Notes: generated from the sequence alone by a model not told the origin. DNA of 34,357 nucleotides from Candidatus Micrarchaeota archaeon (GCA_043810635.1 JBDRNY010000023.1:1-34357); one strand, 5' to 3'; counted from the stretch's first letter, positions 1 to 7,980 are shown. A program made the numbers and translations.

Positions 1-1
1 G

Positions 2-160
2 ACTGCAAATGGTTTTGGGAAACCCACACAATGTAATTATGTTCTTGAGTACAATATTACCAATGCAAGAACAGATGATGAAAATTATGTCCGAACAAAC
101 ACGACTGATTTTTACAGAAATTTAAGCATGAATACATGCATCTATGGAGGGGGAAACTGA
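2..160 (+). CDS. 3' end of a CDS running in from the left edge; possibly a surface or secreted glycoprotein
   Basis: Frame 2 is open from base 2 to TGA at 158-160 (...NYVLEYNITNARTDDENYVRTNTTDFYRNLSMNTCIYGGGN*). It is N/T-rich with three N-x-S/T sequons. Confidence 0.5.
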   Translation, partial: TANGFGKPTQCNYVLEYNITNARTDDENYVRTNTTDFYRNLSMNTCIYGGGN

Positions 161-354
161 GCCAATATTTACCATCTCAGTAAACCTCCCATCTCCTAAA
201 CATCATATCAGTATCCCAATCCATAAGTTTCACCCTACTTTCCTTTCTTTTAGCTACTTTCCCCCTACAACCCAGCTTGCAACATCAACATATCCAAAAT
301 CATATTGTATTAGTAAACCATAATGCCAAAATGGTTTAAACACATTTTTGGGTG

Positions 355-403
355 GTTTACTGAAGCAGTAATGTACTAATGCGAGTAGTTTACTGTTGCA
401 GTA
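355..403. promoter_or_regulatory. Two TACTG-N3-CAGTA palindromes 33 bp apart; candidate protein-binding sites
   Basis: gtttactgaagcagta (355-370) and gtttactgttgcagta (388-403). Confidence 0.35.
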
Positions 404-564
404 TTTGTGCTATTTTTGGGCTGCAAAATAGGCCTAAAAAGCAAGGCATATTTTGTGCTGGAAAGCCACCCCTGAGCATGAAATTGGGCAAAGTATGATA
501 ATTTACTTCGGAGAAATTGAATTTGAGATGATATTTTTACATTTTTTCCTATTTTTATAAAAAA

Positions 565-957
565 TTATTTGGGCTCTTGCCTTTTGATTGATTTAATTTT
601 GTCAAATGCTTTATCATATGAGCAAATTGTGGAAATTCCATGGGCTTTCATTGTGGCTGCATGCAACGCATCGCGGGATTCAAGACCTTGTGAGGAAAAT
701 TCAAGGAAAAATGAAGCAGTTTTTTTATCAACTGGAAGAATGGAGAGGTTGGGCATAGATAATATCCTTTTCCATACTTTTTCTGCTGTTTTCTCATTTT
801 TATTATTGCAAAAAAAGTAAAATACCTCATCCATTACAAGGGGGCTTGTACATGCCTTCTGCTCACCAGTATATATTCTTTTAAGAAAGCGTGCAATTTT
901 TGAATCCTCATCTCTTTCAAAAACCTGGGTAATGAATATATTTGCATCAATAAACAT
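565..957 (-). CDS. vapC: PIN-domain toxin (VapC family)
   Basis: Motifs FIDANIF, DE, RDALHAAT and ICSYDKAF carry the PIN acidic residues. 130 aa, overlapping the upstream antitoxin. Confidence 0.92.
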   Translation of the reverse strand: MFIDANIFITQVFERDEDSKIARFLKRIYTGEQKACTSPLVMDEVFYFFCNNKNEKTAEKVWKRILSMPNLSILPVDKKTASFFLEFSSQGLESRDALHAATMKAHGISTICSYDKAFDKIKSIKRQEPK

Positions 958-1243
958 CTGTTAACATCTCTTTTTTTCTTTTCTCTTCAGTCTTTTTTAT
1001 CATATCCATTACTTCTTTATGAGTGTATTTGGCGCATTCTGCCCTTATCTCTTTAAATTCCCTCATCCACTCTTCAGGATTTTGTTTTTGAAGTTCAAAA
1101 TCATCTTCTTTTTGCGGATTATTTTTATCATATTCATAAGCCAGTATCCGAATAGCTTCGGCTTTGGTGGTGGCTATTCCCTCCTTAAGCATATTATGCA
1201 CTACTTTCTCGACGATTCCGGAAAATTTGGCATTTATTAACAT
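947..1243 (-). CDS. vapB: Ribbon-helix-helix antitoxin, VapB partner
   Basis: N-terminal beta strand plus G-x-ATTKAEAIR RHH signature and a charged C-terminus. Overlaps vapC by 11 nt. Confidence 0.75.
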   Translation of the reverse strand: MLINAKFSGIVEKVVHNMLKEGIATTKAEAIRILAYEYDKNNPQKEDDFELQKQNPEEWMREFKEIRAECAKYTHKEVMDMIKKTEEKRKKEMLTDVY

Positions 1244-1244
1244 A

Positions 1245-1265
1245 TTACTACCAATTATGTAGTAA
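1245..1265. promoter_or_regulatory. Inverted-repeat operator of vapBC
   Basis: TTACTAC-N7-GTAGTAA lies between a minus-strand TTTAAATA box (about 1275-1282) and the antitoxin start codon. Confidence 0.55.
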
Positions 1266-1562
1266 ATATGTAGATATTTAAAGCTTTCGAGGGTAGGTTT
1301 CCAGTGGAATACTAATAATTTGTTGGTTTTTCTAATTAAGTTTGTTTCAGCTTATATAATGCTTTTTCAACGTGGAATTGAGTACAAAGCATGTTTGTTA
1401 TCATAGATATTAATAAAATGGCCTAATTCACAACCTGGGTGCCTTAGCTGCTATTCTCATTCTCTTTTACAAAAAAATGGAAATGTTTTGCCCCCTTATA
1501 ATAAATAGAAGTAACAAAAAATGGGGTAATTCCAATAGTTTGTTGGTATTTCTAATATTCTC

Positions 1563-1751
1563 TTATCTAAATGATTTGTCATGCTCAGGAGCTTTCACCG
1601 GCTTTGCTAATGTGTTTATATGCTCTTCTTCTCGTAATTTTGTTAATGCTATTCGAATAACTTCTGCTTTCGAGGTGGCATAGCCTTGGTTTATATATTC
1701 ATTAACAAATACAAGCAATTCTCCGTCTAATTTAAAATTTACTATTGGCAT
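1563..1751 (-). CDS. Orphan ribbon-helix-helix protein, paralogue of 947-1243
   Basis: MPIVNFKL...GYATSKAEVIRIAL. A GGTGAT Shine-Dalgarno sequence favours the ATG at 1751 over 1763. Confidence 0.8.
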   Translation of the reverse strand: MPIVNFKLDGELLVFVNEYINQGYATSKAEVIRIALTKLREEEHINTLAKPVKAPEHDKSFR

Positions 1752-1773
1752 TTTATCACCCATTGCACATATC

Positions 1774-1801
1774 TTGTGTATATATTGTGTAGTATTTGTG
1801 T
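1774..1801. promoter_or_regulatory. Three TTGTGT direct repeats with 11-bp period; candidate RHH operator
   Basis: TTGTGT at 1774, 1785 and 1796, between a TATA-like tract (about 1806-1815) and the RHH start. Confidence 0.5.
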
Positions 1802-1879
1802 GGATAATATATATAATACTATTGGTTGAAAGGGTGGCCGGGGTGGAATAGGTAGAATACTAATATAGTATTAGTAATA

Positions 1880-2809
1880 CTAATAGTTTGTTATATTATA
1901 ATAGAATGTTGGAAAAGAAGAGAAAGTTTTAGCTTTGATAAATTCAAGCACTGCATTGATATCTATTAACCTAATGTTAAGAGGAGTGAGATAGCTTGAT
2001 GCATATTTTGATTCAAATGAAGTGATGTAGCTATGCTGCCAATGATTATTATGATTTGTGTCATAATAAAGTGAAAAATATTGATGGTATTTGCCCAGAT
2101 TTTTTAAATTTGCAGGTATTTTAATAAGCTTTATTCTATCGTCAAATTGTTGTAAGAATTCAATGTTTTCTTCAAATTTTTTCATAGCACTATATATGCC
2201 CCCAAGCTCGAGGATTCTGGAAATTCTTACTGTAAAATTCTCAAATTTTTTGCAATGCTCGTTAATGGGCTTTTTTATATTATAGTAGTCAAGAAAACCT
2301 CGAAGAACACTGTCTTGCACTAAAATGCGGGTATTCTTAAGCCGGCTCCAATTTGAAGCATCTCCAATATTTGAAACCTCTTCATCTGATTCCCATATGT
2401 CTGAGCGCATTGCATGCACTTCCAGGGCAACTGAATTTATGCTGTATTTTGTAAAGAAATTTCGCAAGATATTTGTTCGCACAAAAAAATCCTCGAAATT
2501 TAGGATATTGTCTATAAAATCATTATGCTCAGAGCTATCTTTTACATAATTTCTTATTCTTCCGCATTTTTGCATTTTATCGTTGATACTATAAAGTTCT
2601 GTGCAAATATTTTCGTATTCTAGCCTTTTTTCAAGCTCTTTTTGAACCGGAAATACTGCTTCCCGCTCACATGTATGGGGGCCGATTAAGGCAATTTTTT
2701 GAAGAGTATTTTGCGGCTTGTTAAAAAGATAAGGCTTGATATATTGCGCACTTTGCGGGGGCAAAACATTTAATGATAAACCCATTTCCGCCATAATTTT
2801 ATATGGCAT
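1880..2809 (-). CDS. Hypothetical protein with motifs resembling M14/AstE zinc hydrolases
   Basis: 309-aa ORF with IALIGPHTCERE (HxxE) and VALEVH. The fold assignment is tentative. Confidence 0.5.
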   Translation of the reverse strand: MPYKIMAEMGLSLNVLPPQSAQYIKPYLFNKPQNTLQKIALIGPHTCEREAVFPVQKELEKRLEYENICTELYSINDKMQKCGRIRNYVKDSSEHNDFIDNILNFEDFFVRTNILRNFFTKYSINSVALEVHAMRSDIWESDEEVSNIGDASNWSRLKNTRILVQDSVLRGFLDYYNIKKPINEHCKKFENFTVRISRILELGGIYSAMKKFEENIEFLQQFDDRIKLIKIPANLKNLGKYHQYFSLYYDTNHNNHWQHSYITSFESKYASSYLTPLNIRLIDINAVLEFIKAKTFSSFPTFYYNITNY

Positions 2810-2857
2810 TTAGTGTATTTAAATGTATGTTTGTGGTATTATATGGCTTGAATTTAT

Positions 2858-3574
2858 TTACCCCTTAAATTCTTTGTATTTGGAGAAATATTTTTTCAAA
2901 TTAGCCAAATCCCGCATATAAAATTCTTCTGCATTTGGATGGGAGGTTAATACAGCCTGCCCGCAATCTATCAAATAAGGGCCGCTGTCTGTCATTAATA
3001 TATTGTATTCTGACAAATCTGAATGCACCAACCCCTTTTTACGCATTTTTTCAATATCTGAAAGTATCAACTGATAATCTTTATTCGGATTTTCGCTTCC
3101 AGTATCTGCAAGGGTGGAATATGGAATTCCGTTTTCGCCTAAAAATTCCATTGCCAATACATTATGCTTAAATGCAATGGACTTGGGCGCGCGTATTCCT
3201 GCTTGTTCCATTAATTTTAAATTTGAATATTCTTTTCTTGCCCAGGTGAAAATTATGCCGAATTTGCTTTTAGAAGCTTTTTGAAATCTTCTGTCTCCTT
3301 CAATATATTTTTGCATATGAAGAAAGGAGGGGGAGCGGAGGCGGAACATTTTGATTGCAACATATCCCCCTTCCGCAGTGGTTCCTCGGTAAATATTTGC
3401 TTCTTTTCCCCTTGCAATGCAATAATCAAGAGTGCGGAAAATGTTTTTTCTCATAAATTTCTCTAATGTGAGAAGGGATTCGCGGTCAAACACCCCTTCT
3501 TCCAAAGGCCATTCTATTTTGACTATTTTATCCTCCCTTCTGGGGCGCTTTCTCTTTGATAATTTGCGGGCCAT
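2858..3574 (-). CDS. rio1: RIO1 serine/threonine kinase
   Basis: GKEANIY, VAIKMFR, WARKEYSNL, LVHSDLSEYNIL and IDCGQAV motifs. Near aIF-1A, as in many archaea. Confidence 0.95.
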   Translation of the reverse strand: MARKLSKRKRPRREDKIVKIEWPLEEGVFDRESLLTLEKFMRKNIFRTLDYCIARGKEANIYRGTTAEGGYVAIKMFRLRSPSFLHMQKYIEGDRRFQKASKSKFGIIFTWARKEYSNLKLMEQAGIRAPKSIAFKHNVLAMEFLGENGIPYSTLADTGSENPNKDYQLILSDIEKMRKKGLVHSDLSEYNILMTDSGPYLIDCGQAVLTSHPNAEEFYMRDLANLKKYFSKYKEFKG

Positions 3575-3578
3575 ATGA
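3510..3578. repeat. Left copy of a 69-bp direct repeat (the functional rio1 5' end)
   Basis: 68/69 identical to 6308-6376. Confidence 0.97.
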
Positions 3579-3672
3579 GAATAAAAGATTAGAAAATATA
3601 TAAAGCAGAGCCGAAAAATGAGGGAATGCCTTGGACAATAAAGAGGGGAGAAAGCGGAAGTAGGGGGAAAGA

Positions 3673-3832
3673 TTCAGGCGCACCTGAGCTTCTCTTCGGT
3701 CCTGTTGTGAATCTGGTATATCTACCAGGAATCCTACAATGAAGCCGAGGGGAAGCTAGTTAAAGGGGGGAACATGAAGTCGTATCTTTTCATGTACGTC
3801 TAATTTAGGGAGATTTTTAAGTCAAATTAGAA
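3673..3832 (+). ncRNA. Candidate structured RNA or DNA element of four consecutive hairpins
   Basis: Stems are tcagg/cctga (3674-3687), a long hairpin at 3687-3757 (agcttctcttcggt/gccgaggggaagct with inner ctggta/taccag), acatgaa/ttcatgt (3772-3795) and tctaattt/aaattaga. No known family recognised. Confidence 0.4.
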
Positions 3833-3873
3833 AAGAGAATAAGGTATATTAAACTTAAATGCGAAGGTTATTC

Positions 3874-4656
3874 ATGGTCAAAGCTGTATTTAAGGAACCA
3901 AGAGTCCTAAAGATACGCCAAGGCGTCTATCCAAAATATGGGGAGAGGAAGGAAGACTTTCATCGCTGGGTCTTGGATAAGGTTCCGGTTAGGTCTTATA
4001 AGAGAATACTTGATATAGGTGCTGGTTCTGGAGAATTTCTAGCAAAGGCATTGAATTATTTTGCAGACTCTGATTTTGTTGCAATGGATTTAAATCCAGC
4101 TATGTTAAAAAGAGCAAAAAAACTTGCTACAAGACCAATTTCTACTGTATGTACAGATGTGCATCATTTACCTCTCAGTGATAAGTCTATCAATCTAGTT
4201 TTTGCTAACCATATGCTATATTACACAGATCCAGAAATATCATTGGCTGAAATAGCAAGAGTAATGGCAGATGATGCGATTTTAGCCTGTACTACCAACT
4301 CAAGGTTTAATGTAAAGGAGATTTTAGAACTTCATTCAAAGGTTTTGAGTTTAGATAGGACTTTGAGTCATAATTATTCCTTTGATATAGAGAATGGCCA
4401 AACTTTTCTTTCAAAATTTTTTAGTTCAATAGTTTTACATTTATTTACTAACAGGTTGATATTCAATTCTAAAGAAAAATTTATGGATTTCTACTCTGCT
4501 TTGTGGATTTTTGTAAATCAATATGGCAATTTAAATCTAAAACTGCCAAAAGCTGTAATTGAGGAAAGAAAAGGAAGAATGGAAACTTTAGTAGCTTCTA
4601 TTGAATTGCCATTAATTATGGATAAAACTTCGGGACTTTTTATCTCTTCCAAATGA
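3874..4656 (+). CDS. Class I SAM-dependent methyltransferase
   Basis: ILDIGAGSG motif I, AMDLNPAML, DVHHLPLSD and FANHMLYY. Start is 3874 (possibly leaderless after TATATTAAA at about 3845) or 3859. Confidence 0.9.
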   Translation: MVKAVFKEPRVLKIRQGVYPKYGERKEDFHRWVLDKVPVRSYKRILDIGAGSGEFLAKALNYFADSDFVAMDLNPAMLKRAKKLATRPISTVCTDVHHLPLSDKSINLVFANHMLYYTDPEISLAEIARVMADDAILACTTNSRFNVKEILELHSKVLSLDRTLSHNYSFDIENGQTFLSKFFSSIVLHLFTNRLIFNSKEKFMDFYSALWIFVNQYGNLNLKLPKAVIEERKGRMETLVASIELPLIMDKTSGLFISSK

Positions 4657-5585
4657 TCATTATGAGAATTACCAACTTAACTCACTTTAAAGAGAAGCAT
4701 GGACTTATCGCTAATGTTATAGGTTATTCTCACCCCTCTGGCTCATATTATGCTTATCCATTATACTTTCCTTCAAGAAAAGGAGATAGACGTTATAGAG
4801 GAAAAATATACAAAAGGTTTAAGCGGGAGGACGGCCAAGATCTTAGTATTCTAAAAAGAAGAGGTATAGAAGTTTCTAAACATATGAGCTACCCCTCACT
4901 TGTAATTCCCAGAATAGATATTGATGAGGTCTTTAACCCTCTTGAAACTTATACTGCTGAGGTAGAACTTTTATTAAATTCATTCTGTAAGACATGCAGT
5001 ATAGAACGCAGATATGTTTCCATAGTAGGTTCCAGGGCAATTGATATTGAAGTTCCGACTTCAGATATCGATATCCTAATTAAGGGCCAAAGAAATTGGG
5101 TAATATTTCAGGAAGCTATAGGCGAGTTTTTTAGAGTCGCAAACATAGAACTCCCAACTGATGGGATAGTCCTGTCTTATGCACAAAGATATTCAAAATT
5201 TCATGAGTTAACACTTCAATTTACTCTAGAAATTTTCAGAGAAGACAGGACAAAAGGCTATTTCAAAGATAAACAGAAAATAAGTTTTATCTTTACCTAT
5301 GGGGATTCCGAAGTTCCTGAAGCACTATTTAGGTGTGATGCTCCAATTATCAGTAAAACGAGGCTTTTAGCAAGAGTTGCTGATTCATCTAATGGTGCTA
5401 TGTTCCCGCGCCATTACGTAATAGAGCTAGGTGGCATTAATTTTGATGTAATCACAAACCATTGGTTCTTCAAAGACACTGCAAAAACTGGCGAAGATGT
5501 TTTAGTTATAGGCAATCAAAGAGAAGGAAATATTATTACGTTGGATTCTCCAACTGATCGAATAATTAAAACAGGTGGACCATGA
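4653..5585 (+). CDS. Predicted nucleotidyltransferase, archaeal COG1665-like
   Basis: Pol-beta-type VGS...SDIDILI motif, N-terminal GYSHP..AYPLYFP...G.R.YRG..YKR block and an OB-like C-terminus. ATGA overlap with the methyltransferase. Confidence 0.75.
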   Translation: MIIMRITNLTHFKEKHGLIANVIGYSHPSGSYYAYPLYFPSRKGDRRYRGKIYKRFKREDGQDLSILKRRGIEVSKHMSYPSLVIPRIDIDEVFNPLETYTAEVELLLNSFCKTCSIERRYVSIVGSRAIDIEVPTSDIDILIKGQRNWVIFQEAIGEFFRVANIELPTDGIVLSYAQRYSKFHELTLQFTLEIFREDRTKGYFKDKQKISFIFTYGDSEVPEALFRCDAPIISKTRLLARVADSSNGAMFPRHYVIELGGINFDVITNHWFFKDTAKTGEDVLVIGNQREGNIITLDSPTDRIIKTGGP

Positions 5586-6292
5586 GCCCAAATCTTGGTT
5601 TTAGTACAGGCTGTTTTTTGCAGTGGAAGCTACCTATCCCTAAATTTATCCGGCTTCTTACTAGGTATGACTTGAATTCATTAGAACTGTCTTTTTTGAG
5701 AGAAGAAGAATTATTTTCATTCAGAAACTCCAGTGAAATAAAAAACCTTCTCTCTTCATTTGATTTTGTTTCAATTCATGCACCTGACAAAAGATTCATC
5801 AAAAGCCCAGAAAAAGATTTGATTCAAGAACTAAATAAGTTGGCGGATAATCTAGATATAAGGAATTTAGTGGTTCATCCAGATTCATTTTCAAACTTAG
5901 ATAACTTAAAAGCTAATTTTGAAGTTCTAATTGAAAATATGCCAAATAAGAACAATATATTTGGTAATCTAACTCCAGCCCAGCTGCAAAGTTCTCATTT
6001 TGTATTTGACATTCTCCATGCTTTTCAGTCTTCTGAAAAAGATTCAGATATTGATCTATTGGTTAGGTCTATGATTTCAAGTACAAAAGAAGTTCATGCA
6101 AGCGGATTTACCAAGGATTTGAACCATTCTCTGTTGGTCCAAAGTGAAAGAGTGGATATGTTTGGAAGCATATTAAAAAAGATTTTTCACTCCAAACCAG
6201 ATATACATTATATTTTTGAAGGAAAAATAAAACCTAATGACTTTGATTCTATAAAGAAGGAGATAGAATTAATGAAAACGATTTTAGAATAA
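5582..6292 (+). CDS. Metal-dependent TIM-barrel protein (AP endonuclease 2 / sugar-phosphate isomerase superfamily)
   Basis: Ligand motifs SIHAP, VVHPD, IENM, FDILHA, EVHAS and FEG in the expected order. ATGA overlap. Confidence 0.8.
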   Translation: MSPNLGFSTGCFLQWKLPIPKFIRLLTRYDLNSLELSFLREEELFSFRNSSEIKNLLSSFDFVSIHAPDKRFIKSPEKDLIQELNKLADNLDIRNLVVHPDSFSNLDNLKANFEVLIENMPNKNNIFGNLTPAQLQSSHFVFDILHAFQSSEKDSDIDLLVRSMISSTKEVHASGFTKDLNHSLLVQSERVDMFGSILKKIFHSKPDIHYIFEGKIKPNDFDSIKKEIELMKTILE

Positions 6293-6306
6293 AAGTACCT
6301 CTATGG

Positions 6307-6372
6307 TCATTCTATTTTGACTATTTTATCCTCCCTTCTGGGGCGCTTTCTCTTTGATAGTTTGCGGGCCAT
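6307..6372 (-). pseudogene. rio1: Displaced rio1 5' fragment (21 codons, then TGA); right copy of the 69-bp repeat (6308-6376)
   Basis: Translates as MARKLSKRKRPRREDKIVKIE*, with the Trp codon TGG read as TGA at the junction. It has its own TATA-like box at about 6393-6400. Confidence 0.9.
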
Positions 6373-6403
6373 ATGAAAAATAGGTAAAAGAAGTATAAAA
6401 GCC

Positions 6404-6715
6404 TTAGATGCCTTTTACTTTCTCTTCAGCGTCTGTATAAAGCATGTAAATATGCACCGGCACAAGTATGAAACCTATGAGGAAATAATTGAGGGTAATT
6501 AAGGAAATAAATGCGTGCTCATATTTTTTGATATAAGCATAGCCCGCAGGGCCTAAAATTAAGCCGAGCAATACCGCAATCCATTTGTTTTTGCTGGTTA
6601 TTTTTAATGCTTGCAAAAGCTCTTCTTCTTTAAACCTGTCTTTTGCCCTGCATTTTATGCACAAATCATATTCTACGCTTTTCTTTTTTCCGCAATCAGC
6701 GCAATCTTCTGCCAT
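6404..6715 (-). CDS. Zinc-ribbon plus TM2-like small membrane protein
   Basis: CxxC..CxxC followed by KNKWIAVLLGLILGPAG.AY and a second hydrophobic segment. Resembles 15570-15932. Confidence 0.7.
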   Translation of the reverse strand: MAEDCADCGKKKSVEYDLCIKCRAKDRFKEEELLQALKITSKNKWIAVLLGLILGPAGYAYIKKYEHAFISLITLNYFLIGFILVPVHIYMLYTDAEEKVKGI

Positions 6716-6771
6716 AAAAACCCCCCAAGTTCTATTCATGAAAAGAAGAGAAATATTAAGAAGGTTTTGTT

Positions 6772-7131
6772 TTAGATATATCCGTTTCTTCTAAGATAGT
6801 CTGCCTGCAAATGGTTGTATCTCCACACAACATCTGCCTTTATGTCTCCCTGTATTGCCCAGGGCTTTATCAATACAATATCCCCCGGGCGCACCCAAAT
6901 GTTTCGACGTATTTTGCCGGGAATTCTGGCAAGCCTTTCTTTTCCGTCTTTGCAACTTACTTGCAATCTTCCCCCCCCTACTGTTGCCAATACGGTTGCA
7001 AGCACTTCTCCTTCGCGAGGAAGGCGCACCCTGATAGGGCCTTCTGGAGGGGCTCCTTTGCCTCTTCTTCCTCCTCTGCCAAATTTGCCTCCTCCTCCTC
7101 TGCCAAATTTGCCTCCTCCTCTTCCAGCCAT
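6772..7131 (-). CDS. eif1a: Translation initiation factor aIF-1A with RGG-rich N-terminal extension
   Basis: RVRLPREGE, C.DGKERLARIPGKIRRNIWVRPGDIVLIKPW and ADVVWRY. Confidence 0.96.
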   Translation of the reverse strand: MAGRGGGKFGRGGGGKFGRGGRRGKGAPPEGPIRVRLPREGEVLATVLATVGGGRLQVSCKDGKERLARIPGKIRRNIWVRPGDIVLIKPWAIQGDIKADVVWRYNHLQADYLRRNGYI

Positions 7132-7140
7132 TTATTCACC

Positions 7141-7218
7141 TTATTTTTACATACAGGCATTTTCCGCCCGCCTTTCAAATTAATTTTACATACAGGCATT
7201 TCCTGCCTACCTTTTAAC
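7141..7218. repeat. 39-bp tandem duplication filling the aIF-2beta / aIF-1A spacer
   Basis: 7141-7179 vs 7180-7218, 32/39 identical, with exact core ttttacatacaggcattt. Confidence 0.85.
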
Positions 7219-7220
7219 TT

Positions 7221-7622
7221 TTATTTTACAGGGGAGCGGGCGCCGCATGCTTCGCACACCAGCATTTTTACCCCTCCCTCATCTTTTATTTTTGTGTCAG
7301 GGCGTTTGCATTCTTTGCAAATAACATAATATTTTATAAAATTGGAAAGCCGCTCACCCACCTGCCTTTCATATATTTTTCCGTGCAAAATGAGGCGGGG
7401 GCCGTCCATAGAAGTGGGAATTGCCAATTCTTTTCCCAAATATTTTGCCAAAAATTTGGGCTCTCTTCTTAATTTCTGGCATATTAAATCAAAATTTGGT
7501 ATAATAGTTTTGCTTCCCTGAGGCTGCACTATTGCAACAGGAGGCTCGAACCTTTCCTTTGAAAGCATTATGTCAGGAAGGTTTTTTCTTGCGTTGTCAA
7601 GTAATTCTTCGTAATCTTTCAA
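7221..7622 (-). CDS. eif2b: Translation initiation factor aIF-2 beta subunit
   Basis: YEELLDNA, ERFE.P, YVICKECKRPDT and CEACGAR zinc ribbon. TTG start. Confidence 0.96.
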   Translation of the reverse strand: MKDYEELLDNARKNLPDIMLSKERFEPPVAIVQPQGSKTIIPNFDLICQKLRREPKFLAKYLGKELAIPTSMDGPRLILHGKIYERQVGERLSNFIKYYVICKECKRPDTKIKDEGGVKMLVCEACGARSPVK

Positions 7623-7980
7623 CTAATCAACCGTAAAATGCCCGCCTTTTTAGGAGGGTGATAAAATTATATTCGTAGGAAGGGGTATAAAAAGGAGTAT
7701 GTTGAATTTTAAGCCATAGGCAGGAAAAATAAAAGCCGGGAAAGCGGGAAAATGAAAAAGAAGGGAAAGAAATTGGAATGCTGTGAAAATAACGAGAAGA
7801 ATGAATGATGTATTGGGGGCAAAAGTAGGAAGGAAGAAATAGGATGTGTGGAAAAAAGGAAAGGGGAGAAAAATGGGGAAAGAAAAGAAGAAAATAAAGG
7901 TGCCGGTTATTAAGCCGAAAAAGGAAAGGGACGGGAAAGTGAAATATAAGGAAATGTGCGAGTGTGAATTGGCGGGGGGA

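Larger units (their letters stand above)
1306..1892. repeat. Three dispersed copies of a 19-31 bp direct repeat (1306-1336, 1526-1556, 1874-1892)
   Basis: ggaatactaataatttgttggtttttctaat vs gtaattccaatagtttgttggtatttctaat (26/31). The third copy, gtaatactaatagtttgtt, matches each at 17/19 and contains the stop codon of the 1880-2809 gene. Confidence 0.7.
3510..6376. mobile_element. Horizontally acquired island bounded by a rio1 5'-end duplication; no mobility gene
   Basis: Flanking 69-bp direct repeats and cargo on the opposite strand to all neighbours. CTAG is visibly more frequent than in the core genes (about 7 in 2.7 kb by manual count). The island interrupts the aIF-1A/rio1 neighbourhood. 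Confidence 0.75.

Noticed and set aside
1306..1892. Dispersed repeats as a CRISPR array
   Set aside because: Spacing is 220-350 bp with a gene between copies, and the repeats are degenerate.
3680..3765. Long hairpin followed by GTTAAAG as a possible integron attC site or archaeal SECIS
   Set aside because: It has no RYYYAAC box or correct R/L spacing. The SECIS geometry is not met and no in-frame UGA selenoprotein candidate is adjacent.
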